The position numbers were made by a program, and so were the translations under genes. DNA of 64,000 nucleotides from the human T2T-CHM13v2.0 reference genome, Homo sapiens, in NCBI RefSeq assembly GCF_009914755.1, contig NC_060929.1. One strand, given 5' to 3'. Shown one piece after another: positions 29,371 to 47,883 of this stretch. How positions within the stretch are numbered: position 1 is the first letter of the stretch; every line of letters starts with the position of its first letter. The notes under the pieces are model-generated. The model was not told where the DNA came from and made no database searches. It saw only the letters and a list, made by a program, of their open reading frames with translations.

Positions 29371-31326
29371 CTATGTTTCCATAACACTTTGTTCATATGA
29401 TTTTTAGCACTTGCCTCATATTAATGATTTGTTAAATACAATTTACTTGACTAGACTGTAGGCTCTTCAAAGGCGAGGACCACAAATCTTATTATTCTTA
29501 ACAAAACAGAGGCTAAAACAATTGTGGTCATGCTCTATAGCATAGAAATGTGAAGCTACAATACTTTATTGCTTTTATGTTTGAGCAGACAAAAATGTTT
29601 CAAGATAATATTGATCATTCTAGCAGCCTTCTATGTGGGCATTTTTGTTAGTTTACTATAACTTTAGAAAAGAATGTGATTTCCAACCTTTAAGCTATTA
29701 AAAATTTGTTATTGTAAAATATAGCCAATTATAACATAAGAATCATTTACAGTCAATTTTTTAACTAAATTGAGAGAAATTATAATTATGGAGCATGGCT
29801 TTAATTAAGTGTGTTCATTCTATCTATCATCTCTTCTTGGAATGAGGCAAAATCTACCCTTAAATTAAAACAAATAATCAGAGTTTTATATATGTTTATT
29901 TATATCACAACATATGGTACTAAGGCACTTCTAAACTGAGTATTAAGAGATTATCCTACAGTACTTGTTGTCCTTGAGCCAAAGACAGTGGTCAGAATCT
30001 CTGTATTATTTTCATTTGAACCAGTGTACAGTATTCTGAGTTTTTTATAGAAAGGATATTTTTATTATGCACCATTTAATTTATTTAGGCAGTGCTTAAC
30101 CCGCACTTTTCCTTGCAAATGGAACTTTGTGAAGAAAAATTTGTGTAATTCATTGAGATACAAAACATTCCAAGGAATAGGTTCTCTTTTCTCTTGTAAA
30201 CTGCCCTTATTCAAAGTGGCTGTGAGACAAAGGAGGTGGCATGAACTGGCTCTAGAGAACATGTCACTGACAGAGACAAATGAGTCTTAATGAGTTCAGG
30301 GGAATTCTGACAGCTAAGATTTCGAGCTCTGAGGAAAGAACTACTGCATGGAGGACACAATTCTGAATCATGCCAGGTTCAGAGTAAGCTTTGCAGAAAT
30401 CAGCACAATTGATGTGTATGGTGTGTTTGTTTTTCTGAAAAGCTTTTTACTTTTGTAGAAAACATTGCACATTTGTAAAATGAGGACCAATTAGAAAAGT
30501 AAAAATTCTTACTTGTTCACTATAACTCAAAAATATAATCAATCCACAAAAAAAAACTCATAAAAGCAAAATCATCTAACTAAAATCTTAGACTCCAAGT
30601 CAGTTCCTTTCTCTCTCCTCTGAGTTTAGGCTTATTCCAGGGAGCTGCCTAATAAGGCCGGTTCATGGCACCTGCTTTGTGTCACCGCCACTTTGAATAA
30701 ATGTCATTTCCAGTTTCTGTAACTATAGTGATATGATGATGCCCAGCTCTTCCTTTGTCAAGGATTCTGATGACTGTCTCATATGTACTGACTAGCCTTT
30801 CCAAGGTAGGTGATACCCCTTTAGTTAATATATGCATTAATTTACTCCAACATTCTGTAAGAAATAGAAAGTGTTTTTATTATGCCAAAATCCTATGTGC
30901 CCACTGAATGGCCCATAGCTATACCATATGGAGGGCACAGCAAGAATTGGAGAAAGGCTCTCCCTTCAGGCTAAAAAATATAGGAAAAAAAGTGTTCCCA
31001 TAAAGAGCAGAGGCTGAGCTGGAGTTCAGTTTTTTCTCACCTCTCAGGAAAGGGCTTTTTATGTGTTTTGTAAACTACACAATTCCTAGTGGTGACATTG
31101 TCCCAAGAAGACAAAGAGACCTGACAATAGGGTCATTAGTGGAGTGCAGCAGGGCACAGTTCTGTGGGCTCGAAGCCATCTGCTAAGTGGGCAGTGGAGG
31201 GGAGAAGAGAGAACAAGGATTGGCATAATGTTGGCACCCAGCTTTAAGATGTATTATCTAAAAGTTTTTGAGATTTATAAGAAAATCCTGTTCTACTGAG
31301 CATAGATTTCTCATTTCAGCCACCTA

Positions 31327-31680
<354 letters not shown>

Positions 31681-32442
31681 ATTAATACAGGGGTTTGACA
31701 GAGGTTTGCTGTGAGACCATTTCTGCCTGAAAATTTAGAGCAATCCTAAAGGGCTCCTGAAGTGTATAATGTCATAACTATTAATAATATGTACAATATG
31801 TCAAAGACCAATTGTTAAGCAATGGCCTGATAAAAGTTTATGGAGGAAGATAACGGAGACAGACTTATGAATGTAGCTTAACAGCCTATACGAGATTCTA
31901 AGCCAAAAAAAAAATAAACATTAGGCTCATCTTGTATCAATTTGTTAAGCGAAACTGGTTGGCATAAGTGATTTTGATAATAGAAGAGCTAACCTGCTAA
32001 CCTTATATTTTGAATTCATTTGCTAAATAGCCAAGGTGAATTAATTACAAGCATATAGTTTCTTTTCAGAGCAGAGGGAGAAAAAAGGTATTAATCCAAA
32101 TGGAACATTTCTTCCAACCTATAAAATTAAAAATGTGAAAAACCAATTTAAGAATAACAACATACTTTAACAGGCACATACATTAATCACATGCCCGACT
32201 TGAAAGCTATTGAAACAGTAAGACTTGGCAATTCTATCCACCCAAAATAAAACATCAGCATTCTTCTCAGAGTTACAATTTATATGCTGTGAAATTAAAT
32301 CACGCACTATAAAACCAAAAACAATAGCAATATGCCTTTATTTTAAAAAATGCAAATCATAGGATCTTTAAATAAAGTAAAAAAATAAATCAGTGCTATT
32401 TAGACCCTCTTACATTGAAATATAAAACTAGGGACTATCTTA

Positions 32443-32907
<465 letters not shown>

Positions 32908-33099
32908 TCAATAAGTCTCAGTGTTCATTGTTCTGCATCAAATAAATATTTTTAATACCAAGGAATTTTCCATCATCTTTTCAGTGATAAAGTTAAACAA
33001 TATAGTCTGCAATATGAAAATATACATACAGATTATATGCATTATATACACTGATTATTTTTAATCCTTTCTGGTAATCCGATTCCTTCAGACTCTTAA

Positions 33100-34550
33100 G
33101 TCTTCAATGTCTTGTAACAAGGGTCTCTTAATGAAAAAATCTCTCAGTTTTTGTCTAACTAAAAATTTCTTATTCACTTTTACCAGTTAAGGATAATTTC
33201 TATGGATACAGAATTCTGGTTGACAGTGTTTTGGTTGTTGTTTTTTAGTTTTGCTCCCCATCCCTTTAACTTTAAAGATATTATTATATTGTTTCTTGTG
33301 AAAACTCCACTTTCATTTGTATTCTCCTCTCACTCTATGTAATTTCATCATTTTCTCCTTCATTTTAGATTTCAGCAGTTTGACTATGATGTGTCTATAT
33401 ATGGTTTGGTTTTCTTCCTTTGCATTTATTATTTTTGGTGTTTACTGTATTTTTGGATCTGTAAATTGATGTCTTCTGGGAAGTTTTCATCTAATTTTCC
33501 TTTAAAACATTTTTTCTGCCCCAATTCCTCTCTCATCTTATTCTAGAATTCCAATTACATTATGTTAGACCACTTGCATTGTTTGTGAGTCCATGCTCAT
33601 TATTCTTCCATTTTTTTCTTCTCTTTCACATGAGAAAAGTTCCATCTTCAACTCAACTGACTTTATTTCCTGTCACCGCCAATCTTCTTTTAAACCCACA
33701 CAGTGTTTTCCTTTTTTCATTTCAGTTACTGCATTTTTCAGCATTAGAATTTTCATTTCATTCTTTTCATGGCTTATATTTCTTTGTTGAGATTAAATTC
33801 TGTGTGTATTCATTATATTCCTTTTTCCCATTAAGTCCTTGAAAATGTCACTTCTCTAACATTCTTGTGTGCTAATAGAAACATTTTAATTATGTCATTG
33901 TCACATTCTATCCAACTGCTTGTTTTCTTGAGTATAGGTTAATTTTCCTGTTTCTTCATGTAGCTACTAATTTTTAATTGAATAATAAATAGTAATAATA
34001 AATTGAAAGAAAATCTGGATTTTGTTATAATTCTCTGAAAATACATTTTATTTCAAGAGGTGGTCAATTTCGCTAAACTAGAACTCCAAGCTCAGCATCC
34101 CATAAGGTTGGCAGCAGGTAAAGTCGCCAATCAGTTATTACAGTTGCTAACAGCTGCTTTCCCCTGTTTCCCTGCAATTGCATGCACAATTTCTCAACCA
34201 GCATGCATAATTTCTAGGTCAGATGAAGTTTTAGGGAGATTTTGTACTAAAATTTGGGTGTTCCATCCCTTCTGAGGATCCCTCCTTCTCAAAGGATTTG
34301 CCTTTAAATTTGTGGCTCTTTTTCCAGTTCTAAGGTATGCCCTCTGACAGCCCAGGCTGGTAATGCTGCAGCTTTCTGTTCTCAAGACTGTAATAGGGTA
34401 CTGCCTTAGGCATAAAAAACAACATCACAAGGTGCAGTTTCTGTCTTTTCCAGTAAATCTTATCTCTGACTAACCTCAACTGCCCTCAATTTTTAAAAAA
34501 AATATTTCTTTCAGTTTATATGATAGTTATCTGCTAAAGTTTTACCAAGT
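33100..34550 (-). mobile_element. Old L1M fragment (ORF1/5' region)
   Basis: aatctctcagtttttgtct...ggatacagaattctggttgacag...cagtttgactatgatgtgtc...tatgttagaccactt are typical of antisense L1M. Confidence 0.65.
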
Positions 34551-34757
34551 AAAATCTTCATTATTAAATATTTTACATTGCTATTTAAGCTATTTTCTGG
34601 AAAATCCTGGTACACAGCTGATTATGCATTTTTTTTTGTTTTTTTTTAACAATACCTCTGTTTGAAAACATTTGCCAAACATGTTAGATATTGATTCTCC
34701 TGCAAAAAGGTTGGTGTTTTACTGTTGTTTGTTTCACTAATTTAAAGCAACTCTAAG

Positions 34758-34758
<1 letters not shown>

Positions 34759-34794
<36 letters not shown>

Positions 34795-34950
34795 AGACAG
34801 AGTTTCGCTCTTTTGCCCAGGCTGGAGTGAAGTGGCGAGATCTCAGCTCACTGCAAACTCTGCCCCCGGGTTCAAGCAATTCTTCTGCCTCAACCTCCCG
34901 AGTAGCTGGAGTTACAGGCACCCGCCACCATGCCTGGCTAATTTTTGTAT
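34759..34950 (-). mobile_element. 5'-truncated Alu (right arm only, Sp/Sq-like)
   Basis: poly(T)+gagacagagtttcgctc...atttttgtat; TSD ctaagtcttttt / ctaggtcttttt. Confidence 0.93.
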
Positions 34951-36616
34951 CTAGGTCTTTTATTCACTCTGTTACCTTCCTATCTTCTTCTCTTCTTACT
35001 TGAGTATTTGATCTGGTCCTTCCCTTTTTCCCAATCACTCTTTGTGCTGTTAGCCATTTGACTACAACTATGTAAAGAACCTACAGAGAATCACCTAGGA
35101 AACTGAGAATGTCAATTTTAAAAGATAGTACTGACTTTGTAGTAGACTCCAAGGTCAATGGATCTTTGACAGAAAGTACCGTCCTTTGGCTGTGATATGA
35201 AAGGAGAATTAGTATTATTGATTTAACAGTCCTAGTAGAGATTATACTCTCCTTCTGTGCAATAACAGTTAAAAAAAAAAAACAAATCTGCATAGTTAAT
35301 CTGTGTTAAGAAAGGGGTGCAAAATCATTATTAATGCCACTAACTGATTTCTAAAGTATTCCTAATTCTAGGTGAGCTTTCAAAATCCAAATGAAACTAA
35401 GAAGTGATCTTCTAATTCCAATTCCTATCATATACAATTTAGAAATATTAAATTCATACTTTTAGTAGTAAATTAAGCAATGGGTTTAAGGTTGGAAATA
35501 GAGATCCTCTAATTGCTGTGATGCAAAGATCTCAACTTTTAAGTATTACATTTAAAATAAAATTAAAATATCCTCTCTATCCAATCATCATAATAATAAG
35601 AAGCATGTATTGTATAACAGCTAAATAGAAAGTAATATCTAAGATGGTCTCTACGTACATTACTATTTATTCTACAATTCCTTGAGGTAAATACTTGTCA
35701 TAATTTTGCTTATTAGGAAATGCAATTTCGTGAATCTAAATCATTTGCCCAAGGTTACATAGTAAGTAAGTGATGGAACTAGGATATGATATAACTATAT
35801 ATCCCATGCTCTTTCTAAATGCCTGATAAAAAGGCTTGGTCTGAGTTTATTTACTTCATTTGCAATAGTCAATGAATGTTTTTAAAAGAGCTGTAAGATT
35901 AAAAATACCCAAATTGTATAAAGAGGTCAGATGATACATCCAAATTATAAAATCAATGTACATTATCGAATTGACATACCAATAGAAAACACACACACAC
36001 AAATTTAAAAAAAAGATTTCTTGTAGCAAGTGAAGAGCCAAAGAAAAATCATGTTTATTAAATTGCACTCAAAAACAATTTTAAAGTATTCCCTGGTCCT
36101 GGAGTGATTTGCTCCAATTGCTAGTTTCCAGGTTTCAGGTACTGTGAAATAAGATTCCTAAGTCACATGTTAATTTTGTACCAGTGGGCTCTCTTTCCTT
36201 TCTCAATGAAACAATCGATATTTTTCCCCATCCTTGTCTTCCTAAAGAACCAGATTTGGAAAGAAAAATCAACTGCTTAAGATTTAAAGCGTAGGTTCAA
36301 TACTTTCTATTTGTAACTTAGCAGCAGTCACACAAATCTCAAATTCTACTAAATTGATTCTAAGCATGAATATCTGCATCTGTCAAATGCGGATGATAAT
36401 ATCTACTTCTTAGACTTATTTTATGTATTAAATCATACAGCTTCTGCCACACAGTATATTTTCATAAAGCTTAGTTGCTTTCTTTTCTCCTTCCTTATTT
36501 CCATATGGTCTATTGTTATTTACAAAACTTTTTATTTTAAAACTTTAAAATGAGATTATATATAATAGAAAATATTATTAAAGTAGAAATAAAATATTAT
36601 TAAATATTTTAAATAA

Positions 36617-36975
<359 letters not shown>

Positions 36976-37152
36976 TTAAATATATAAAAATAAATGTACA
37001 ATTCCACTATTTGAGTTGAATATAATCATTTTCATACACACATATGCACACATATACATACATACATATTTTTGCATAATTCTAGGCAAACTAAATGTAT
37101 AATTTTTTTACTTGCATAAACAGCATAAGGAAATCCCATTGTTTTAAATTGT

Positions 37153-37155
<3 letters not shown>

Positions 37156-37188
<33 letters not shown>
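37156..37188. repeat. (TA)n microsatellite
   Basis: atatatatatatata... Confidence 0.95.
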
Positions 37189-37194
<6 letters not shown>

Positions 37195-37554
37195 TTATCA
37201 TTGTCAGGATAGGCCTTAGTTTACTTAATCAATCTCCAATTTTAGGGTATTTTTGTTATTTTCAATTTTACATAATGATAATAAATGCTGTAAAAAACAT
37301 CTTTGCAAATAGTGCTATTTATCTCTTTTGTTGTTCATTCAGATAGAATTTAAATATTGAATTAAAGCAGTATACAAATTTTAATGCTCGAGTTTCAACT
37401 GCTTACTGACTTTTTCAGAGACTTATGCCAACAAATATAACTACAAAAAATGTATGAGTGATTTTTTCCATGTAAGTACTCCAGCTTTGACAGCTCTTAT
37501 CTCATAATCTTCTGCAAAAATGAATAAAAAAATACTGTCTTACTATTTTACTGA

Positions 37555-37855
37555 TTTTTTTTTTTTTTGAGAGAGAGAGAGTCTCACTCTGTCATCCAGA
37601 CTGGAGTGCAGTGGCATGATCATGGTTCATTGCAGCCTCAACCTCCCCAGGCTCAGGTGATTCTCCCAGCTCAGCCTCCCAAGTAGTTGGGACCACAGGC
37701 ACACAACACCATGCCTGGCTAATTTTTACATTTTTCTGTAGAGACAGGGTTTTGCCGTGTTGCCCAGGCTGGTCTTGAACTTCTGTACTCAAGGGATCTA
37801 CCTGCCTTGGCCACCTAAGGTGCTGGCATTATAGGCAGGAGCCACCATGCCTAGC
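37555..37855 (-). mobile_element. AluJ
   Basis: tgcagcctcaacctcc, gttgcccaggctggtcttgaac, ctcaagggatc. Confidence 0.9.
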
Positions 37856-40800
37856 AGATTTTTTACAATTGAATTTCTATAATTTACCCTGTGTTTGTTA
37901 TTTCCATGTATTTCATAATATGTAAATAGCACATTTCGTTTATTGTTTGCATTTTTCTAATGGCATTTTATTTACTTTTTTCTAATTGAGCTGTTCAAAC
38001 TCTACATATCATAATTTTAACAATCTGATAATAATAGCCAATGTGTTCTCCTTGATGAAAATAAGTCACTGTGTATTTACCTTTAAATTCTAGTAGGCAT
38101 TTTCAATCGCATGTTCTTAAAATTTACAAAGAAAAAAAGTATGTCTATAACATGAGGTGAGAGTATGTATTCTATTTGTCTTTCTTCTATATAATGGAAT
38201 ACAACTGAAATCCAAAGGGACCGACTTATCCTGATGAAACACACAAAACTTATTTAGTGCTCACCACAAACTTATTTTAGCCATGCAGAAAAAAGAAAAA
38301 AAATATTAATCTAAGAGGAGAAGACCTAAACTATTGCCCTATTACAAACTGAAAAAGAATTTGTGGGCTGTACTCCACGTACAATGGTACAAAATGTTTA
38401 TAGAAATTAATGTATAGAAACTAATGATGGCAGTGTCACGTTGTATTTATAATTTTCCCTTAAGTGCTTTCCTAATTCTGAAAAAAAATGCAGCAAATTA
38501 TTGATGATCAAGTTGTACATTATCACCAGATCTCCAGAGCTCTGTTCTCTAGTTATCCTGAACATGACTTGCCATGCGCTGCATAGTGTTACCCTGCCTT
38601 CTTGTACACTCCTAGAACACCTAGCCCCGTCCCTGTTTAAACCTACCTGGCCTCAAATCTGTTTAATTATCCCTTCCTTAAAGATGCCTTCTATGATCCT
38701 TTTGTACTTGGTTAAGTTAAATTGCTGTGTTCTTTCATTGAATCTTGAACTTGTAACCATTGCACTTATCACACTTTATCATTTATTTTTTGTCTGTCAT
38801 TCCCAGTAGGAAGAGAATTAAGCAATGGTTTAAAACATGTAAAATACTGAACAGAATTACAAAATCTGTAACACATAATGTGCATTTAACTTTGAGATCT
38901 TCAAATATTTTCTTTTACAAAACTTAAAAAACAGAACACTGTGGCTTACTGATGTATCTTTTCTTCTTCTTTGGGAAGGGGATAAATAGTAATTAAATCC
39001 TAAAGATAATGGGTAAAAGAAAAAGTATAGAGAATTCATGAAATGCAAATTCAAATACAGAATAAAAACAAATAACCACAAGTTAATTAGCTTAAACATA
39101 ATGAATAACTTTAAATCTTTCCCTTGATCAGCTGTGACTTTGAAACAAGAAATAAGCTACTGAGTTGCCACATTATAACGTAAACATATTTGTGGACAGA
39201 AAAATATAAAACACTGAGCAATATATGTTTAAACCTACATTAACCATAACATAGATTAATTAATTAATTAATATATTTTTCTATAATTCCACTCAAGTGA
39301 AAGAGCCAGATAACTGGAATTAAAATACGAATTAAATGTTTAGTCAAATAATGTTGAAAAAATAACATGTCATTAAATTCAGGTTAAATTCAGTCAAATT
39401 CTTTCACACATTTTTCCTTCCTAACCAGTCATATAAAGGCTGAAACTACACACAAGCAATGTCAAAATAACCAATTACTGTGCAATAAAATATAGTTTTA
39501 TTCTATAGTATTCATAATGCTCCAAACTCATTTTTGCAATTTCCCAATAAGTTGATTAATGCTTTTTCTTTGTATTTTGGACAAGGGTAAATATTTCTGA
39601 TCACATCCTGGTATTTGACTCTGCTGTATGTCAGAATTTTTTTTCTGGTGCATATTTTTTCTTCTTACATATCTGTTAACATAGTTTTAGCACTATTTTT
39701 AGCCAAGGAAAAGAAAAGTTAAAAAAAAAAAGATTTTCAGATTAGCAGTTCTCTGGGAACATTGCTGTGCTTTCTAAGGTGTTACTTTGATGAATACTAC
39801 AGTGGTGACAGCGAGCAGACCAGCAAAAGTGTTGCTGAAGGACAAATGCCCTCTAATAAACATAGCTAAGAACTACTACACACAACAGGCGTGAAATTCA
39901 CCCACGAGGACTGACTTGTCCTGTGTACTTTCCAGTGACAGGATTTCTACTGTTTAGGTTAGGTTTGTGTTTCCAACAGAGCTTAGCTGAAATCACAGAT
40001 TTTGATAAAATTGGGAGAAGCTATTACACTGAAATATTTAACATCACTTAAAAGAAAATGCTATAGTCAGTGTATGTTCAAGCAATTGGAGACTTGTTCC
40101 ATATGGGACAGATTGAAGCTGTTTTTAGAATATGTTTCATTGAATATAAACACACAATAGAAAGATACAGAGGTATGCAACCTTATGCCTTTGTGTTATA
40201 ATTCTAAAGTATGACAACATTTTTAACCAAAGCCAGCTATGATTACATTTTGAATAGAAGATGGTCCCCAAAGTTGCCAACTGACATCTTACTCTCCCTC
40301 TCTGAGAAGTAATATGCATTTAATTTTATGTTCTTTTTATACCCATAAGGCATGGACAAACATTTTAAGTTTATATGTGTATTCATAATGATTGTTGCTT
40401 CAATGAATTTGGTAAATTAACAAGAAAGCATTTCAAAATGAAAATGACAATCAAAACTAATATGTACCAAGAACCAAAGATTTACTTTCAGAATTAGGAA
40501 AATTAATTACGATCTATCTATAACATAGAAGGAGATAAAAAAAATAAAAAAATAAAACCTCCCCAGAAAATATTGGGAAAAAGCCATTGGAATTTTGTTT
40601 TCTTCCAAACTATGATATACTATGACTTGCTTTAGAAATGACATCTCATCTGTCATTCCAATTCTGTTACAAGATTTTATCTTCTTGCTAGGATATACAC
40701 CATTGAAAATATAATCTTATACCTTGAAACCCATAAACATTTAAAAATAACTATATAAAGAAATTAATGAGTAAACAAATAAATGAATAAATTTGCTGTT

Positions 40801-41674
40801 TTTGCTTACTTCCAATCCAGCTCTAAATAATCCTCCAGATGTATGGCAATCAATTAAAATTTCCTAATCCTGGTAAGCTGAATATCAAGGAAGTACAGCT
40901 TCCATACAATGTGTATTAAATCACTGAGGTAATAGAAATGCTGGCACCATTTTTAAAAGCCTATGTAAAAATCTAAACACAGGAACATGTAAAAGTCCTT
41001 CTATGCTCATACTGCTTATTTCCTTTCCAGCCAGGGCTTAAGTTATTTTCTGTGACATAGTTAGAGATACTGCATATTATGCAAATACTCTTGCCTAAAT
41101 AATTCTTAGATATTATTTTTATTTCACGAATATGATCAATATATAAAGCAGATAGAGAAGAGTCATGGTGGGAAGGTGAGTTGTAAAGAGATTAAGAGAA
41201 GATGGGTACAAAAAAAGGGGCAGATTAAATATGTATGGCTACATTTTCTGACTTATAATTTCAACTTCCATTATTCCATGATTTTGAAATTGTTTAAAAC
41301 AAAGGGCATCAAATACTTATCTGCTTCCAAGAGTCTGGAGTACCTTAGCATTCTGAGGAATAAAATGTATTGGTACTATCCATGTACCATAGAAAGAATG
41401 CCTTTTTAGAATATACTTATTTTGCTAAATAAAAAATAATGTATGTACAGATTATTAAATATAAAGTAGTACAAAGTTCAGAATGAATTAGTTTTCATTA
41501 TCCTTAAGAAATAAAAACCTAGTAAATCACAGAGAAATTTCTAGAATCTTGTTAAATCAATAGGTTAGTTTTCTATGTAAAGATGAGTTTCTAGAATTTT
41601 AGGTTTTCTACTTGTTCGTATTTAGAAAATCACCAGTTACCTCCTATTTGACAAAGCAAATGGCATCTTCTGAA

Positions 41675-43066
<1,392 letters not shown>

Positions 43067-45664
43067 CTAGTAAAATATCATTGGACTTCCTACTGTAATA
43101 TAGACCCCATTTTCTCTGACACCTCAGATGTGTTTTAGCTTCATTCAGAATAAATATGTATATACTTTAATGCTCCGTGTAATCTTCATTTAAGCATTAC
43201 ATACATACTCTCTGCTTCAATGATGGTTTATTTACCCAATTTAACTCATTACAATGTAAATGATTTGTAAATCTGTATCTACATTTGTAACTTCACCTGT
43301 AGCCTACAATGTTACATTATAATTATTTGATAGACATTTTCTCCTCAAGATTTCCAGTATCTTCTTAAAGCTCAACAAGTCTACAAATAAATGCATAACA
43401 ATTCTTCATGTCCAAACCTATTCCTCTTCTTTTCTTCTGTTTTCTTAATGTTTCCCACATTAAATTTAGACTCCAATTGGCCTACTGATACATAATAAAA
43501 GGAATTTTCCTCAATACTTTCTTTGCAATTTATTTTATATATCACTTTTTTTTCATTTCTACTTCAAATCAGCAAGTTTTAAAAATTTGCCTTGATGTTT
43601 AAATGTTGCAAATGCTTTATAATCAGCTTCTATATTTACACTTACCACAGTGTAATATCCAAATTCTGGACCATTTAGAAATTCTACAATGACACCTAAA
43701 GTGACTTTCCGGACACAGCTCCTAAAACTTATCTGTCTTTCTTTGCTTCAAAGAAATTAAGACTGATGATTCCCTAAGTGATTTTTCATTTCCCATCTTA
43801 GTTCTATTACTTCGTTTCTTTATAATTTCACTTTTATTAATTCAAATAAAATTTCCTCCATAATATTTTACATCTCTGTCTCTCTCTCCTTTCCTGTATT
43901 CTTGGGGGATTTTGCTTTATTAATTTATAACGCACCTATCCTATATGGCTTCAATGTTGTTTATAATAGAATCATAATCTCTCAGACCAGAAGACACCTT
44001 AAATATCGTTATTCCAACTATACTATGCTATTTAAAATGATCTTGTAACATGGCAGTTCAATTCTTCAGAAACAAGTTGTTTTCACGAGTAGAATACTTT
44101 ACTTATTAGAAAAGTATTACTTATATTGAACCAAAATCCTCTACAGATTTTCAAATGTATGTTTTCAGTCCGCATCGTCTTAGTTTCCCTCTCTTCTATG
44201 TCTCTCAGTCTTCATTTCTGACTTGAACTATTTCATTAACCTTTTAACCGGTCTCTATGATTCTCTACATTAGTACAATTTTAAGAATGCACATTAATCA
44301 TGCAAATGATTTTACTAAAATATTCTTATGACAAAATCTTTAATAGGTTCTTTATTGCCAACTGAGTAAAATCTAAATTGTTAATCTTTTAATAGATCCT
44401 TCATGATATGTCTCCAACTATATTGACAGAATATACACGACACATTGACTATATGAAAGAAGTAAAGAAAAGGAGGCTAACTCATACATTTCTGGATTGA
44501 GCAATGAAAGACAAGGAGCTACTAGAATAATAAAACACATTGGAAGGGATAATTTGTGAAGGTGAATTTCTGATTTTTGCTCTATTCAATATGACTTAGC
44601 AATTTATATTAAAGTAGTAAAGTAAGTATTGACAGAAAATACTAGCGGAGAGAGTATCCATTTACTACTAGCGGAGTATGCGTTTAATACTAGCGGAGAG
44701 AGTCTGCAAGATCAAATTAGCAGTCACCCTACTCATTTCAGGCTGAGCTTTAATGTAGAATTTGCTGCTCACCTATCCTCTTCATATGAGTTATTCCTTA
44801 TCTATATTTAACAGTTTACGTTCTGAGCCCAAGTGCAGAACAAATATCAATGTATATTAAAATGTATCTCATTTGATTTAACAAGTCATTATTTTGTACT
44901 GCAATTTTTTAGGTTCTGATACTGTGTGTCAAGCCATTTTTTTAATACATCAGAGATATGTGTCATCTGTGAATTTGATAAGCAAATATTCAATGTCTTC
45001 ATGTAATAAACATATAAAATGCTATAATGGATAGGTCAGAGAAAAGAGACATTCCACTAGAAATTGCCTTTCAGACTGATATTAATCCTTTTACGCAGAG
45101 ATTATATTGATATGTTAATCCAATATTTACTAGTAAATACACTATTAATCACCTATTCGTATCTGTCTTGCCACAAGATGATTTTTCAAATCACTATTTG
45201 TGTTCTAGATATAATACATCATATCTTTTCCTTTGGTTGACCAGAATAAAACATTATCAGAGATATAACAGGATTATTTTAATATTACATGCTCAAGTAG
45301 TAAAATATCATAAGCCTCTACTAATTTCCTTTATTCAGATATTTAATAATTGTGTTTTAATAATTAACTCTAGAATTGCCTAGGTTTTATTAACAATCTA
45401 CTGATACACATTTCTTATCCTGCCAATTAACTTATAAACTTAAAAAAAACACATACTTTCTGTATTACTTTACTTTTTTTTCACCAAGACTACAATCAAT
45501 GCCCTAAATATAGAGTAAGAATTCAATGAATATACTTTATGTAAATGAGTTTTCTAAGCCTAGATTTAACACAAGAAATAAATGATGATCATCTGGATTA
45601 AGAGATGATATAAGAGTTTCAACTTTGTGTGAATAAAGAGAAAAGTCAATGAACCTCTTATTTA

Positions 45665-47883
<2,219 letters not shown>

